The translations under genes and the position numbers were made by a program. A stretch of 64,000 nucleotides of DNA from an uncultured candidate division Zixibacteria bacterium (GTDB taxonomy: Bacteria; Zixibacteria; MSB-5A5; RBG-16-43-9), in contig OY970208.1 of the NCBI GenBank assembly GCA_963713865.1, positions 1,344,001-1,408,000 on the forward strand, written 5' to 3'. Of this stretch, positions 29,472 to 40,279 are shown piece after piece (within the stretch, counting starts at the first letter, position 1; every line of letters begins with the position of its first letter). Under the pieces are notes generated by a model. It was given only the letters and a program-made list of their open reading frames with translations. It had not been told where the DNA came from and did not search any database.

Positions 29472-31961
29472 ATGGTTATGGGAATTGTTTCCTGGTATAA
29501 GAAAGACCCAAGCAATGTTCGGTTATCGGTAATGGTTTTTTTAATTGCCTTTATAGTTTATTTATACACTATGGCACCCACAGTCCCCTTCTGGGACTGC
29601 GGTGAGTTTATCGCCTGTTCTTATATCCTGGCGATACCGCATCCACCCGGCACTCCTTTATTTGTCCTGATAGGGCGGATATTCAGCTTATTGCCCATCT
29701 TCGGGGCGATAGCTCCACGAGTCAATTTCATCTCGGTTTTATCATCCGCCTTAACTGTTTGGATAGCCTATTTATTTATCGTGCGGGTGATGGGGCACAT
29801 TTTAAAAGGTAAAGAAGGTACATTGGTAAAGCTTTCCAGTTATGTGGGAGGTATATCAGGCAGTTTATTTTTAGGATTTTCATATACCTTCTGGTCGAGT
29901 GCCGTAGAGGCGGAGGTATATGGAACATCGATGTTTTTGATGGTTTTGATTGCCTATTTAGGATTATTGTGGTGGGAGAGAAGGGGTGAGCCTGACTCAG
30001 ACCGGCTACTGGTTTTAATCGGTTTCTTAGGAGTGTTATCTACTGGCATCCACATGACGGTCTATCTTATAATGCCCCCGATATTTCTATTAGTCATCAT
30101 GGAGGATAAGAGCAAGTTAAAAGACATCCGGTTCTGGGTAAGCGGTATAATTTTATCTTTGGTGATGTTCACCTTAATTCCCTTTTTAGTCTCCTTGCTC
30201 ATCTGGCTTCTGATAAGTTTTGTATTCTGGCAGTTAAATCCCCATTCAAGAGCCTGGAATTTTATATTTGCCCTGGTTTTATTTGCCTCCCTGGGGTATA
30301 CTGTGCAGTTATATATCCCGATAAGGTCGGCTTTAGAGCCAGCCATAGATGAGAACGATCCGAAAGACTGGAACAGTTTTCAGTATTTTTTAGGGCGCAA
30401 GCAGTATGGACAGGTATCCATGGTTCAGCGGATGTTCACCCGTTTGGGCAGCTGGAAAAATCAGTTTGGAGTGAATGAGCGGATGGGTTTCTGGGGATTT
30501 TTCCGGGAGCAGTATTTAGACAAGAGTTTGTGGTTTATCCCGATAATTTTGGGTTTATTGGGGGTAGCGGAGGGGATAAGGCGACTTAAGGGTATAGGGT
30601 GGATGTTATTGTTTTTAGTTTTGATTTCTTCAATCGGGTTGGTCGTTTATATGAATTTCGGGGATGGGACAAAGTATAATCCAATGGCTGGTGAGATACA
30701 GAGATTAGAGGTAAGAGTCCGTGATTACTTTTTCATTCCAGCATTTGTGTTTTATGCGATACTAATGGGATTAGGTATCTCCAAGCTCTTGAGTTACATC
30801 GGAGAAAGTTATGCTAAATGGAGGATAGGAGAGTTTGGAGGTAAAAGTTTAGTATACGGACTCTCAGTTATTTTCCTTTTAATGCCGCTATTTCCTCTGG
30901 AGCGGGGGCTTCATTCACCCAATAATAGACGGAACAATTATATCGCTGATGATTATGCTTATAACATTTTGAACTCCTGTGAAAAGGATGCCATACTATT
31001 TACCAACGGGGATAACGATACTTTCCCTTTATGGTTTATCCAGCAGGTGGAAAAGGTCAGAACCGATGTTAGGGTGATTAATTTAAGCCTGGCTAATACC
31101 GACTGGTATATGAAACAGCAAAAGAATTTCTGGAACGTGCCTTTAAGTTTTACTGATCACCAGTTAGAAAAATTGGCGAACATCGCATATCCTGATGGTA
31201 AAGTTTCGAGGATTCAGGATCAGATAATAGATAACATTTTGGAAACTAATAAATGGAAATATCCGATATCTTTTTCCACCACAGTTGATCCAACTAATCG
31301 GGTTTATAAAGGAAGACCTTTAGAGAGCCATCTGTTGATGGAGGGGATGGTTTACCTGTTAGTTCAAGAAGAAGGGAAGATGATGGTGAATGTGGAGAAA
31401 ACTGAAAAACTTCTGTTAGAGAAGATGAAGTTCCGGGGTCTTTCTGATTCCAGTGTATACAAGGATGAGAATGAAAAAAGGTTAACCGTGAATTATTCAA
31501 GCATCTTTCTTAATTTAGCTGATACTCTAAGAAGAGCAAAGGAATATGAGCAAGGGATCCAGATAGCCAGAAAAAATATCGAGATTCTGCCTCAGGATTG
31601 GAGACCTTATGCTTTCATAGTCCAGGTATATGCGGAGACGGATGAAATCCAGAAAGCAGAGGAGTTCATTAAAAACTCCAGAGGGATAGAGAAGGAAAGG
31701 CTCTATTTCAACTTAGGATATGCCTTTAAGGAATTAGGGAAAGAGGATAAAGCTATAGAGATTATGTATAAGATCTTGTCCTTTAACCCGAGTTTCAAGC
31801 CAGCCTATGAGTTTTTGGTAGCAACCTTTTATAAAAAACAGGATAAGGATTCTTTAGAGAAACTTCTAAGAAGATGGATTACAGATAATCCTGCAGATGA
31901 TTACGCAGCAGCTTTATTAGCCCAGCTCACCAAACCAGGGTTTGTATTTCCAAAACAGTGA
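29472..31961 (+). CDS. DUF2723 / TMEM260-like GT-C membrane glycosyltransferase with C-terminal TPRs
   Basis: APTVPFWDCGEF..PHPPGTP, AVEAEVY, FTNGDNDTFPLW; TPR-like tail. Confidence 0.88.
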   Translation: MVMGIVSWYKKDPSNVRLSVMVFLIAFIVYLYTMAPTVPFWDCGEFIACSYILAIPHPPGTPLFVLIGRIFSLLPIFGAIAPRVNFISVLSSALTVWIAYLFIVRVMGHILKGKEGTLVKLSSYVGGISGSLFLGFSYTFWSSAVEAEVYGTSMFLMVLIAYLGLLWWERRGEPDSDRLLVLIGFLGVLSTGIHMTVYLIMPPIFLLVIMEDKSKLKDIRFWVSGIILSLVMFTLIPFLVSLLIWLLISFVFWQLNPHSRAWNFIFALVLFASLGYTVQLYIPIRSALEPAIDENDPKDWNSFQYFLGRKQYGQVSMVQRMFTRLGSWKNQFGVNERMGFWGFFREQYLDKSLWFIPIILGLLGVAEGIRRLKGIGWMLLFLVLISSIGLVVYMNFGDGTKYNPMAGEIQRLEVRVRDYFFIPAFVFYAILMGLGISKLLSYIGESYAKWRIGEFGGKSLVYGLSVIFLLMPLFPLERGLHSPNNRRNNYIADDYAYNILNSCEKDAILFTNGDNDTFPLWFIQQVEKVRTDVRVINLSLANTDWYMKQQKNFWNVPLSFTDHQLEKLANIAYPDGKVSRIQDQIIDNILETNKWKYPISFSTTVDPTNRVYKGRPLESHLLMEGMVYLLVQEEGKMMVNVEKTEKLLLEKMKFRGLSDSSVYKDENEKRLTVNYSSIFLNLADTLRRAKEYEQGIQIARKNIEILPQDWRPYAFIVQVYAETDEIQKAEEFIKNSRGIEKERLYFNLGYAFKELGKEDKAIEIMYKILSFNPSFKPAYEFLVATFYKKQDKDSLEKLLRRWITDNPADDYAAALLAQLTKPGFVFPKQ

Positions 31962-33136
31962 GGGTGAAATGCTGGCTTGAAAATCAGATAGAATTAAATT
32001 TTAAAAAGATTAACTTGCAGATATTAGCAATAAACTGGCAGGACATAACCAGTCCCAGGGCAGGGGGGGCGGAGATTCATTTCCAGGAGATCTTTAAAAG
32101 GATTGTTCAAAAGGGGAATGACGTTACCCTGCTCTGCTCGCATTATCCCGGAGCCAAAAAATATGACGAGATAGACGGGATAAAAATTATACGTACGGGT
32201 TCGTTTCTTCTCTTTAGCTTCTCTGCTTTCTGGGAGGTTAGAAAGATATTAAAGGAAAGGAAATGGGATCTGGTAGTAGAGGATATAAATAAACTTCCTT
32301 TCTATTCTTTTTGCTGGCATAACCTTCCTCTTTTAGTCGTAGTGCATCATTTTTTCGATAAAGCTATCTTTAGAGAAGTTAATCCTCTTTTCGGTGCTTA
32401 CGTTTACCTTTCCGAGAGAAGTGTCCCCATATTTTATCGCCGTAAAAGCTTCTTAGCTGTATCCCAGAGCACTAAAGAGGAACTTCTGAGAAGAGGAATC
32501 CCTGGGGAGAAGATTAAAGTTATCTATTGCGGAATCGATCATCAGCTTTACCGGGTTAATCTTGATCTAAAGAAGGATCCTGTCCCAACCATACTTTATT
32601 TAGGAAGGTTAAAAAAATATAAAAGCACTGACCTTTTGCTCAAGGCACTTCCCCTGATAATGAAAAAAGTTTCAGATGTCAGATTAGTGATTGTGGGGGA
32701 AGGTGATTATAAGTCGGAGCTTCAAAACCTGACCAGAAATTTAGGATTAGAAAACAGGGTCATTTTCACCGGCTTTGTGGATGAAAAGACCAAGGTGGAA
32801 TGGTTTCATCGTGCCTGGGTTTCAGTTTATCCATCTATAAAAGAGGGCTGGGGTTTGACCAATATCGAGGCAAATGCCTGTGGAACACCAGCTGTTGCCA
32901 GCAATGTGCCGGGCTTAAGGGAATCAATCCTGCCGGGGAAAACCGGTTTTCTATTTGAATACGGGAATATTCAAGATTTAGCGGATAAGATTATTAGAAT
33001 AATTATAGATAAAGAGTTGATAGATAGGTTATCCCAGGAGGGAATTCTCTGGGCAAGTAATTTTAGCTGGGATAAGGTAACCGAAGAAGTTGAAAAACTA
33101 CTTCAAGATATAGTAAGAAATCGGGGGGGAAGTTGA
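31958..33136 (+). CDS. Glycosyltransferase family 4 (start may be TTG at 32015)
   Basis: AGGAE, LGRL, EGWGLTNIEANACGTP. Confidence 0.92.
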   Translation: MRVKCWLENQIELNFKKINLQILAINWQDITSPRAGGAEIHFQEIFKRIVQKGNDVTLLCSHYPGAKKYDEIDGIKIIRTGSFLLFSFSAFWEVRKILKERKWDLVVEDINKLPFYSFCWHNLPLLVVVHHFFDKAIFREVNPLFGAYVYLSERSVPIFYRRKSFLAVSQSTKEELLRRGIPGEKIKVIYCGIDHQLYRVNLDLKKDPVPTILYLGRLKKYKSTDLLLKALPLIMKKVSDVRLVIVGEGDYKSELQNLTRNLGLENRVIFTGFVDEKTKVEWFHRAWVSVYPSIKEGWGLTNIEANACGTPAVASNVPGLRESILPGKTGFLFEYGNIQDLADKIIRIIIDKELIDRLSQEGILWASNFSWDKVTEEVEKLLQDIVRNRGGS

Positions 33137-34152
33137 AGAAAAGATTGTTAATCGGAATTTTCATCAGCTTAGTATTCTTATATTTTGCCTTCAGAGGAGT
33201 GGATTATCATACGCTGTGGGAAGCCCTACGGGGGGTAAACTTTTTCTACCTTTTCCTTTTTATGGTGGTGATAATATTTTTAATGTGGGTAAGGGCATAT
33301 CGCTGGAAGTTTATGGTTGACCCTTTAAAAAAAGTAGGATATTCAAGTCTTTTCTCCTCAACTATGATAGGGTTTATGGCTAATAATGTCCTTCCAGTCA
33401 GATTAGGCGAATTGGTCAGAGCCTATTCTTTAGGGACCAAAGAAAATATATCGAGGAGTGCAGCTTTTGCTACCATAGTGATGGAGAGGGTTTTCGATGG
33501 ATTTTCATTGCTTTTTATTCTTTGGCTGACTTTACTTTTTTTCCCTTTTTCACGTTCCTCCGCCAAGGTTGGGGAGTTGGTGAGAAAAGGAGCTAACCTT
33601 GCCCTGCTTGGCAATTTGCTTTTATTCTTGCTATTAATTCTACTGGAGTTAAAGCCTGATCTCACCTTGAATTTTTTTAAAAGGTTATTAAGACTTATAC
33701 CTGGAAAACTTTCCCAGAGAGCAGAGGGGATTTTAGATAAGTTTTCCAGCGGGGTCAGAGTTTTCAAGGACCTTCCACGGATGAGCTGGATTCTTTTCTG
33801 GTCTTTAATCCTCTGGGCAGGTATCGGAATCAGTAACTATCTGGTCTTTTTAGCTTTTGGACTTCATCCACCTATACAAGCCTCTTTGATATTAATGGTG
33901 ATCGTGACTTTAGGGGTAGTGATCCCTTCTTCTCCTGGTTATGTAGGCACAGTCCATTTTTTTACGGTAATTGCCTTAAGCCTTTTCGGATATGGGAAGG
34001 ATACCTCAGTTCCCTTTTCGATAGTTCTGCATGCCAGCCAGTATATTCCGGTAACCATATTAGGATTAATTTATCTTAAACTCGAACATTTCTCTTTAAA
34101 GATGGCAGAAAAGGATTCTAAGACTATAATGACAGATGAAATAGAAAGCTAA
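33133..34152 (+). CDS. Flippase-like protein (lysylphosphatidylglycerol synthase TM / UPF0104)
   Basis: RAYRW, NNVLPVRLGE, ERVFD, PSSPGYVG. Confidence 0.85.
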   Translation: MKKRLLIGIFISLVFLYFAFRGVDYHTLWEALRGVNFFYLFLFMVVIIFLMWVRAYRWKFMVDPLKKVGYSSLFSSTMIGFMANNVLPVRLGELVRAYSLGTKENISRSAAFATIVMERVFDGFSLLFILWLTLLFFPFSRSSAKVGELVRKGANLALLGNLLLFLLLILLELKPDLTLNFFKRLLRLIPGKLSQRAEGILDKFSSGVRVFKDLPRMSWILFWSLILWAGIGISNYLVFLAFGLHPPIQASLILMVIVTLGVVIPSSPGYVGTVHFFTVIALSLFGYGKDTSVPFSIVLHASQYIPVTILGLIYLKLEHFSLKMAEKDSKTIMTDEIES

Positions 34153-34234
34153 TCTTGAAAGCGAAAGGGTTTACAGTATTTATGATGTTCTTCAACCTTG
34201 AGGCTTTTGTAGTTCGAGAAAGTGTCTATAAGGC

Positions 34235-34262
34235 TTGACTTTTTAAGGTTAAGTCCTATAAT
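34235..34262 (+). promoter_or_regulatory. Internal sigma70-like promoter
   Basis: TTGACT-16-TATAAT. Confidence 0.55.
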
Positions 34263-34308
34263 AGAAAGAGAATATGGTTCTGGAGATGTGGAAAGATCAA
34301 GTTTTTTT

Positions 34309-35274
34309 ATGCAGAAAGTGAACTGCCCTTTATGTGGATCCTTTGAGTACAAAGTTATCTTCAGGGCACCTGCAGATCCAGTTGAAAAGTTGGGTTATTT
34401 TTCGGTGGTAAGATGTCCGGAATGTGATTTCGTATTTACCAATCCTCAAGCAGAGGAGAAGGATTTAAAAAAACTCTACTCAACCGAATATTATGGAGAG
34501 GAACACCAGCGTTTCTGGACAATCGTCGAGAAATTCATAGAATTTTTTAGAAAAAGAAGGATAGATAAGATCGAGAAGTTCAAAAAAAAGGGGGTGATTC
34601 TGGACATTGGATGTGGTAGAGGGAAGATGTTAGCCGGACTTAGAGATAAAGGCTGGGAAACATACGGGACCGAACTATCGGAGGATTCCTCTAAATTTGC
34701 CCGGGAGAGGTTAGGGTTGAAAGTTTATCCGGGCGATTTTTTAAGCTCTAAATTTCCTGAGGTTTTTTTCGATTGTGTTACCCTCTGGCATGTACTGGAG
34801 CATCTGAAAGATCCTCTAAAGGTTTTGATGGAGATCAAAAGGATTTTAAAAAAGGATGGTCTTCTGCTAATCGCAGTTCCGGATTACGGCGGGGCTCAGT
34901 CGGTTTTCTCAGGCAGAGCCTGGTTTCATTTAGACGTTCCCAGGCATTATTCTCACTTCACTTTCAAAACCCTTAAAAGCTTTTTGGACAAAGCTGGTTT
35001 TAAAGTCCGACAGTCAAGGCACTTCTCCTTAGAGTATGACCCGATTGGAGTTCTGCAGAGCTTCTATAATCTTATGGGGTTTAAGCATAATCTACTCTAT
35101 GGGTTTTTGAGAGCCAAGAAAGACCGACTGAAGATCCTGAACGAACATAGATGGCAGAGTCTTTTCATCTTCTGGACTTTTCCAGGATTTTTAGGCTTGA
35201 GTTTGTTTCTGTCTTTATATTTTTCAGCCTGGAGAAGAGGCGGCTCCTTAGTGCTCTATGGCCTTAAAAGGTAA
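34309..35274 (+). CDS. Class I SAM-dependent methyltransferase with N-terminal Zn ribbon
   Basis: CPLC..CPEC, LDIGCGRG, WHVLEH, RILKKDG. Confidence 0.9.
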   Translation: MQKVNCPLCGSFEYKVIFRAPADPVEKLGYFSVVRCPECDFVFTNPQAEEKDLKKLYSTEYYGEEHQRFWTIVEKFIEFFRKRRIDKIEKFKKKGVILDIGCGRGKMLAGLRDKGWETYGTELSEDSSKFARERLGLKVYPGDFLSSKFPEVFFDCVTLWHVLEHLKDPLKVLMEIKRILKKDGLLLIAVPDYGGAQSVFSGRAWFHLDVPRHYSHFTFKTLKSFLDKAGFKVRQSRHFSLEYDPIGVLQSFYNLMGFKHNLLYGFLRAKKDRLKILNEHRWQSLFIFWTFPGFLGLSLFLSLYFSAWRRGGSLVLYGLKR

Positions 35275-35277
35275 GAG

Positions 35278-36027
35278 ATGGATAAGAAAGAAATGCTTAA
35301 AGTGGTAGTAGTGATGCCGGCTTATAATGCAGCCCGGACCTTAGCTTCTACTTATCAAAACATTCCCTCAGAAGTCGTAGATGAGGTCCTGTTAGTAGAT
35401 GATGCCAGCAAGGATGAGACGGTAAAGATCGCCTTGGACTTTCATCTCAGAGTGATCCGTCACCCGCATAACGTGGGGTATGGCGGGAATCAGAAAACCT
35501 GTTATTTAGAGGCTTTAAGGGAGGGGGCAGATATCGTGGTGATGCTTCATCCGGATGGACAGTATGACCCGCGCCTTATACCACAGATCATTGAGCCTAT
35601 AAGAAAAGGTGAGGCTGATTTTGTTTTAGGTTCAAGGCTCAGACAGAAAGGCGGGGCGCTCAAAGGGGGTATGCCTTTATATAAATTTTTAGCTAATAGA
35701 TTTCTGACTGCAATCGAGAATTTGATTTTAGGACAGAATCTCTCGGAGATGCATACTGGCTATCGGGCTTATAGCCGAAACTTCTTAGGGGAAATTCCTT
35801 TTTTACGTAACTCCAACGATTTCGTGTTCGATTCCCAGATTATAGCTCAAGCCGTGGCTTTTAAGCAGAGGATAGCGGAGATTCCGGTAAGCACCAAATA
35901 TTTTAAAGAGGCTTCCTCCGTCAATTTCAGGGTCTCGCTGGTCTATGGGTTTAAAACCCTGTGGACGATTTTCAAATTCGCCTTAGACCGGTTGGGAATT
36001 ATTCACTCTCGACTTTTCAGACCTTAG
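35278..36027 (+). CDS. GT2 polyprenyl-phosphate glycosyltransferase-like
   Basis: MPAYN, VDDAS, GYGGNQK, HPDGQY, HTGYRAY. Confidence 0.9.
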   Translation: MDKKEMLKVVVVMPAYNAARTLASTYQNIPSEVVDEVLLVDDASKDETVKIALDFHLRVIRHPHNVGYGGNQKTCYLEALREGADIVVMLHPDGQYDPRLIPQIIEPIRKGEADFVLGSRLRQKGGALKGGMPLYKFLANRFLTAIENLILGQNLSEMHTGYRAYSRNFLGEIPFLRNSNDFVFDSQIIAQAVAFKQRIAEIPVSTKYFKEASSVNFRVSLVYGFKTLWTIFKFALDRLGIIHSRLFRP

Positions 36028-36032
36028 TCTAT

Positions 36033-37895
36033 ATGGGCAAAAAGAAGTCCAAATCTGGATCCATAGGAAAGAATAAAAAGCAGATCGTTCCGGAGATAAA
36101 GAAAGATCAAGTTTTTATTGATCAGCTTCTCAAAGGTCCTATTCTTTATATCTTTTTAGGGGTGATTCTCCTTTTAGGTATCTATCTGAGGTTTTCACAC
36201 CTTTCAGCTGATCCTCCCACGGATTTATCCTGGAGCCAGGGTTCCTATACGGATGAGGGTGCAATCGCCATCAATGCCCGGGATAAAGTCTTATGGGGAG
36301 AATGGAAGATGGACGATTTTTTCCGGATGGGTATCTCCTCTCTTTTGTCTTTCAGTTATTTTCTTATATTCAAGTTAGCTGGAATAGGATTTATTCAGAT
36401 CAGGATCCTGCCAGTTCTTTTAAGCCTGGGCACGATCCTTTTGGTTTTCTTTCAACTTAAAAGGGAGGGAAACTCTAAGGCGGCGATCTTCTCCTCTTTT
36501 TTCCTGACGATATCCTATATCTATGTTATGCACAACCGTCTGGCCCTGGAGGAAACCAGCCTGCTCTTCTTCCTTTTTCTCTCTTTGTTTTTTGTGCACT
36601 TGGGGAGGGATAAAAAAGCCTATTTTATTCTGGGTGGAGTAGCCTTTGCCTTGGCAGTTCTCTTTGTCAAGATCTCCGGGTTTTTCTTCTTTCCGCTGAT
36701 CATCCTGGAGATCTTTCGCTGGAAGTGGACAGAAAAGGAAAAGAAAAAAATTTTAAAGAGCCTCTTCTATTTTGGCTCAGGAATAGTTGCAGGCGTGATA
36801 ATCTGGCTGATTTTAGTTCTACTTCCATACAAAGATGCGGTGATAGGTTATATGAAGGCAGGGACTTTTAAATCTCCAGCCGGAAGTGCAGAGAATTTAG
36901 GTGCTTACTTGAGTAATCTTTTGACCTTAGGTATCAGTGATAAGCTTTTCCCCAGAACATTTTTCGTTTTCACTTTCTCTTTCCTCTATATCCTCTACTG
37001 GATAAAGAATATCCGGGAAAAACTCAGGGTAAGGTCTTCTACGGAATTTGTCTGTGTCTTGTGGATAATAGCCGGAATCCTTTTTCTCTCATACCCTAAT
37101 TACCACCCCATCCGTTATCAGCTGATCCTGGTTCCGCCTATGTGCATCTTAGCTGGTTTTTTTGTAGAGAAGATAATGGATGCGCAGAAGATCAAGCTTT
37201 CAGGTAAACTGAATCCTTTAAGCCTGGTTTTACAATTCGGGATATTGGTGGTTTTCATCTATAATCTCTATTATAGCATAATCTTATATATACTTTTCCA
37301 TTATCAAAGTTTCTACGGAACGGTTTCTTTCTTTTCCTCAGACCCGAATAGCTGGTTTGAGGGGATTTTTAGATTAGCTCAAAACTACTCCGCTCTGGTG
37401 ACAAGGTCGATAATTTTAGCTCTTTTGGTAACTGGTGGGGTTATAGGGCTTTCTCAGATTCAAAAGCTTAAACAGGGGTTTATTTTTCCAAAAAGCTTGA
37501 AATACCTGCTTGTAGGATTGATGCTCTTTCTGATCATCTTCAGCGATTTGAAGCAGTATTCAGTTTGGTCAGGTAATCTTACTTATGACCTTTTAGATAT
37601 TTCTAAGGACCTAAGTTCACTTCCTAAGGGGAGCATAATTGCCGGTCCCTGGGCGGCTACTTTAAGCCTGGAAAATCAACACCGGGCTATTATGATGCAG
37701 GATTTTGCCAATAAGGAAACGGTCATACAGAGGTTTAAACCTACCCATTTGATAATCTCCAAAGACGGCTGGGAGGATAAGTATTTCAAGCAAACCTATC
37801 CGGATTTAATGTCTAAGGCTATTTTATTAAAAGAATATCCAGTTCATACCTCGTATAATAGACCGCTCCTTTTATATGAACTTTCAAAGAAGTAA
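36033..37895 (+). CDS. ArnT/PMT-like GT-C membrane glycosyltransferase
   Basis: TDEG motif after the first TM, RLALEE, multiple TMs, HPIRY. Confidence 0.75.
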   Translation: MGKKKSKSGSIGKNKKQIVPEIKKDQVFIDQLLKGPILYIFLGVILLLGIYLRFSHLSADPPTDLSWSQGSYTDEGAIAINARDKVLWGEWKMDDFFRMGISSLLSFSYFLIFKLAGIGFIQIRILPVLLSLGTILLVFFQLKREGNSKAAIFSSFFLTISYIYVMHNRLALEETSLLFFLFLSLFFVHLGRDKKAYFILGGVAFALAVLFVKISGFFFFPLIILEIFRWKWTEKEKKKILKSLFYFGSGIVAGVIIWLILVLLPYKDAVIGYMKAGTFKSPAGSAENLGAYLSNLLTLGISDKLFPRTFFVFTFSFLYILYWIKNIREKLRVRSSTEFVCVLWIIAGILFLSYPNYHPIRYQLILVPPMCILAGFFVEKIMDAQKIKLSGKLNPLSLVLQFGILVVFIYNLYYSIILYILFHYQSFYGTVSFFSSDPNSWFEGIFRLAQNYSALVTRSIILALLVTGGVIGLSQIQKLKQGFIFPKSLKYLLVGLMLFLIIFSDLKQYSVWSGNLTYDLLDISKDLSSLPKGSIIAGPWAATLSLENQHRAIMMQDFANKETVIQRFKPTHLIISKDGWEDKYFKQTYPDLMSKAILLKEYPVHTSYNRPLLLYELSKK

Positions 37896-38010
37896 AGGAT
37901 TTCAAGACAAGGGCTTTATGTTCATTAGTGAGGTTATTAGAGATAGGGTCGAGGTTACCTTACCCCCTTGGATTCGCTCTAGAATTACAATATACCAGAA
38001 AGGGTTTAGG

Positions 38011-38038
38011 TTGACTTTTGGGATTTAAGGGATATATT
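38011..38038 (+). promoter_or_regulatory. Internal sigma70-like promoter
   Basis: TTGACT-16-TATATT. Confidence 0.5.
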
Positions 38039-38084
38039 TACAAAACATGAGGATAAGGGTGGGGATACCCCGCCCTCATAGATT

Positions 38085-39017
38085 ATGCCTGAGAATAGAA
38101 ACGAGAATAGCTTTAAAATCTCAGTAGTGGTGCCAGCTTATAATGAGGAGGAGAATATCCCCCTTTTGTTAGAGAATTTCGAGAAAATGTTTAAGGAGTC
38201 TAAATTAGAAGGGGAGGTTCTTTTAGTAGACGACGGTTCTACAGATAAGACCTTTAAACTGGCCAAAGATTACGAGAAAAAATATTCTTTCCTGAAAGCT
38301 CTAACCAATAAAACTCATCGGGGGGTGACAACCGCCCTGCAGATCGGTTTCAAAAACGCCAGTGGCGATATTTACATTTTCTGGCCGGCTGACTTACAAT
38401 ACCTTCCGGAGGATATTCCCAGGCTTATCCAGAAGATTAAAGAGGGGAATGATATTGTGACGGGTTGGAAACAGGGGAGTTACGGGATTAAGACTTTTGT
38501 CTCCTTTTTCTACAATTCTTTATCCAGATGGCTATTTAAAGTTAAAGTTCACGATCTCAATTCGGTCAAGGCTTTCAGAAAAGAGGTCTTGGATGATCTC
38601 CCTTTGAGAAAAGACTGGCACAGATATATGGTGGTTATGGCTGCGGATAAGGGGTTCAAGGTGGATGAGGTCAAAATCCCACTTTATCCCAGGAGATTTG
38701 GTAAATCGAAATTCGGCCTCTGGAGGATTCCTATCGGAGTTTTAGACCTTTTCAGCGTCAAATTTCAGGTTTCCTTTATGCGCAAGCCGATGCTCCTTTT
38801 CGGCTCCTTAGGTTTGATCCTGGTGCTCTTGGGGGTACTGGCAGGTTTTTTAGCTATTTACTTGAGGATAATTATGCATGAAGGGTTCAGACCCATTTTA
38901 TATCTGGTCATCCTTTTAGTCTTGTCCGGGATTTCACTTTTCGCCTTGGGGTTTTTAGCTGAAGCGATTGTCAGCTTAAGAGAAGAGGTGGAAAGCTTAA
39001 AAAAGAACAGAGAATAG
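38085..39017 (+). CDS. GT2 ArnC/GtrB-like polyprenyl-phosphate glycosyltransferase
   Basis: VPAYNEEEN, VDDGSTD, ADLQ; two C-terminal TMs. Confidence 0.9.
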   Translation: MPENRNENSFKISVVVPAYNEEENIPLLLENFEKMFKESKLEGEVLLVDDGSTDKTFKLAKDYEKKYSFLKALTNKTHRGVTTALQIGFKNASGDIYIFWPADLQYLPEDIPRLIQKIKEGNDIVTGWKQGSYGIKTFVSFFYNSLSRWLFKVKVHDLNSVKAFRKEVLDDLPLRKDWHRYMVVMAADKGFKVDEVKIPLYPRRFGKSKFGLWRIPIGVLDLFSVKFQVSFMRKPMLLFGSLGLILVLLGVLAGFLAIYLRIIMHEGFRPILYLVILLVLSGISLFALGFLAEAIVSLREEVESLKKNRE

Positions 39018-39048
39018 ATAATAAGAAAGTTAGGCACTAAGATATTTT

Positions 39049-40245
39049 ATGCCAAGAGAAAAGATTTTGGTCTTAACTCATAATTTTATTCGATTCAAGG
39101 AGGACCTAGCTGGACAGTTTATCTACACCCTGATGAGGGAATTAACGCAGGATTATGAAGTTTTCGTCTTAGCGCCCCACCAAAAGGGATTAAAAGAATA
39201 TGAGGAAATAGATGATCTGAAGATATACAGATTTAGATATTGCTTTACGAGATATGAAAATTTAGCTTATCGAGGAGATATGCATGAGCAGGTCCTTCGT
39301 CACTTTTCCAGCAAGTTTCTTTTCATTTTCTTCTTCCTGGCTTTCTTTTTTTATACATTGAGGATTGTCGAGAAAAATAAGATTAAATTTATTCACTGCC
39401 ACTGGTGGGTACCTGCAGGCGTAGTAGGATATCTTACATCTTTTTTTGCTCCTGTTAAAATAATTTTAACCACCCATGGTTCGGATGTTTTTATATTGCG
39501 TAAATTCAGATGGTTATTGTCATTTGCTTCATTAGTCTTCAGGAAGGCTGAGTTTTCGACGGCAGTCTCAAGCTATTTAAAACATCTTCTCACCAAGGAG
39601 TTGAAAATCAGAGGGGATAAGATTTTCGTTTTTCCTATGCCTTTCGATGACAAGAAATTTTTCCCCTTGAAAGAGAAAAAGGTCGAAAAGGGAAGCATCC
39701 TAAGCATCGGGCGTCTAATTCAGAGAAAGGGTTATGACTACCTTTTAGAAGCCTGCGCCAAGTTGAAAGAAGATGGACAAATGTTTAAATTAAAAATTAT
39801 CGGTGAAGGACCGGAAGAGAGGAGATTGAAAAAATTAGCTAATTTATTAGGATTGGATGAGAACGTCGATTTCATTTCTAATCTTCCTCAAAACGAGCTG
39901 GTCTATTATTACAATAGCTGCGAAATCTTCGTTCTTCCTTCTATAACCGATTGGAAGATGGAGGCTGAGGGATTAGGGTTGGTTCTTTTAGAGGCGATGT
40001 CCTGCAAGGTCCCAGTGTTGGGGACAGGGTCAGGTGGCATTGTCGATATCGTACAGAATGAGAAGACTGGCCTTCTAATTCCAGAGAAGGATCCCTGCGC
40101 TCTGGCTCTGGCGATAAAACGCTATCTTGTGGATGAAGATTTGGAAAATAGAATGGCGGAGGGAGGATATAGATTTGCCCAAGAGAATTTCACTCCCAAG
40201 GCTACAGCGGGGAAACTTAAAGGGATTTACCAGAGGTTAAAATAG
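39049..40245 (+). CDS. Glycosyltransferase family 4
   Basis: HCHW, THGSD, GRLIQRKG, EGLGLVLLEAM. Confidence 0.92.
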   Translation: MPREKILVLTHNFIRFKEDLAGQFIYTLMRELTQDYEVFVLAPHQKGLKEYEEIDDLKIYRFRYCFTRYENLAYRGDMHEQVLRHFSSKFLFIFFFLAFFFYTLRIVEKNKIKFIHCHWWVPAGVVGYLTSFFAPVKIILTTHGSDVFILRKFRWLLSFASLVFRKAEFSTAVSSYLKHLLTKELKIRGDKIFVFPMPFDDKKFFPLKEKKVEKGSILSIGRLIQRKGYDYLLEACAKLKEDGQMFKLKIIGEGPEERRLKKLANLLGLDENVDFISNLPQNELVYYYNSCEIFVLPSITDWKMEAEGLGLVLLEAMSCKVPVLGTGSGGIVDIVQNEKTGLLIPEKDPCALALAIKRYLVDEDLENRMAEGGYRFAQENFTPKATAGKLKGIYQRLK

Positions 40246-40279
40246 GAATATTTGTGGTAGCAGACCATCTATGATTTGA